Below are positions 63,928-64,000 of a DNA stretch of 64,000 bases, in pieces. The DNA is taken from positions 26,719 to 90,718 of the forward strand of contig CAVRJG010000046.1 of assembly GCA_963721455.1 (NCBI GenBank), given 5' to 3'. Origin of the DNA: an uncultured Methanosarcinaceae archaeon (GTDB lineage Archaea; Halobacteriota; Methanosarcinia; Methanosarcinales; Methanosarcinaceae). Both the position numbers and the translations under genes were made by a program. The notes beneath the pieces were generated by a model that did not search any database, was not told where the DNA came from, and saw only the letters and a program-made list of their open reading frames with translations. Each line of letters opens with the position of its first letter. Within the stretch, counting starts at the first letter, position 1.

Positions 63928-64000
63928 CTCTTCCCTCCGATTCTGGTCTTTTTGTTTCGCGCCTTAACTCGGATGAATTAGGGTATAAGCATTAAATTAG

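Overview
Archaeal chromosomal window, most likely Methanosarcina (mtrEDCBAFGH operon, YVTN/PKD surface protein, HisKA_2 PAS kinase, typical repeats). The core content is the archaeal modified-mevalonate cluster (AcnX subunits plus a UbiD-type decarboxylase), citrate synthase, aconitase, a RavA/ViaA-like pair, archease-RtcB, the mtr operon (mtrH frameshifted), a tungstate/molybdate ABC transporter with a ModE-type regulator, an MMPL/RND-COG1361 cluster, Rpp21 and SRP19. Accessory patches include a BI-1/YccA gene fused in frame to a 5'-truncated ISH3-like transposase, a decayed surface-protein region beside tRNA-Thr, and an IS605-type element with intact tnpB but broken tnpA. The standout is 47656-49062: four 37-bp CRISPR-type repeats (consensus ATTCGCGAGCAAGATCCACTAAAACAAGGATTGAAAC) separated not by ~35-bp spacers but by 491, 433 and 335-bp inserts. 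Each insert has the same layout: the 3' stub of an upstream gene (one resembles an ADP-ribosyltransferase toxin tail), then one complete small gene, then 3' flank. This looks like a CRISPR-repeat-delimited gene-cassette array that may have captured toxin-immunity genes. No cas genes are in the window, and the mechanism and function are inferred.
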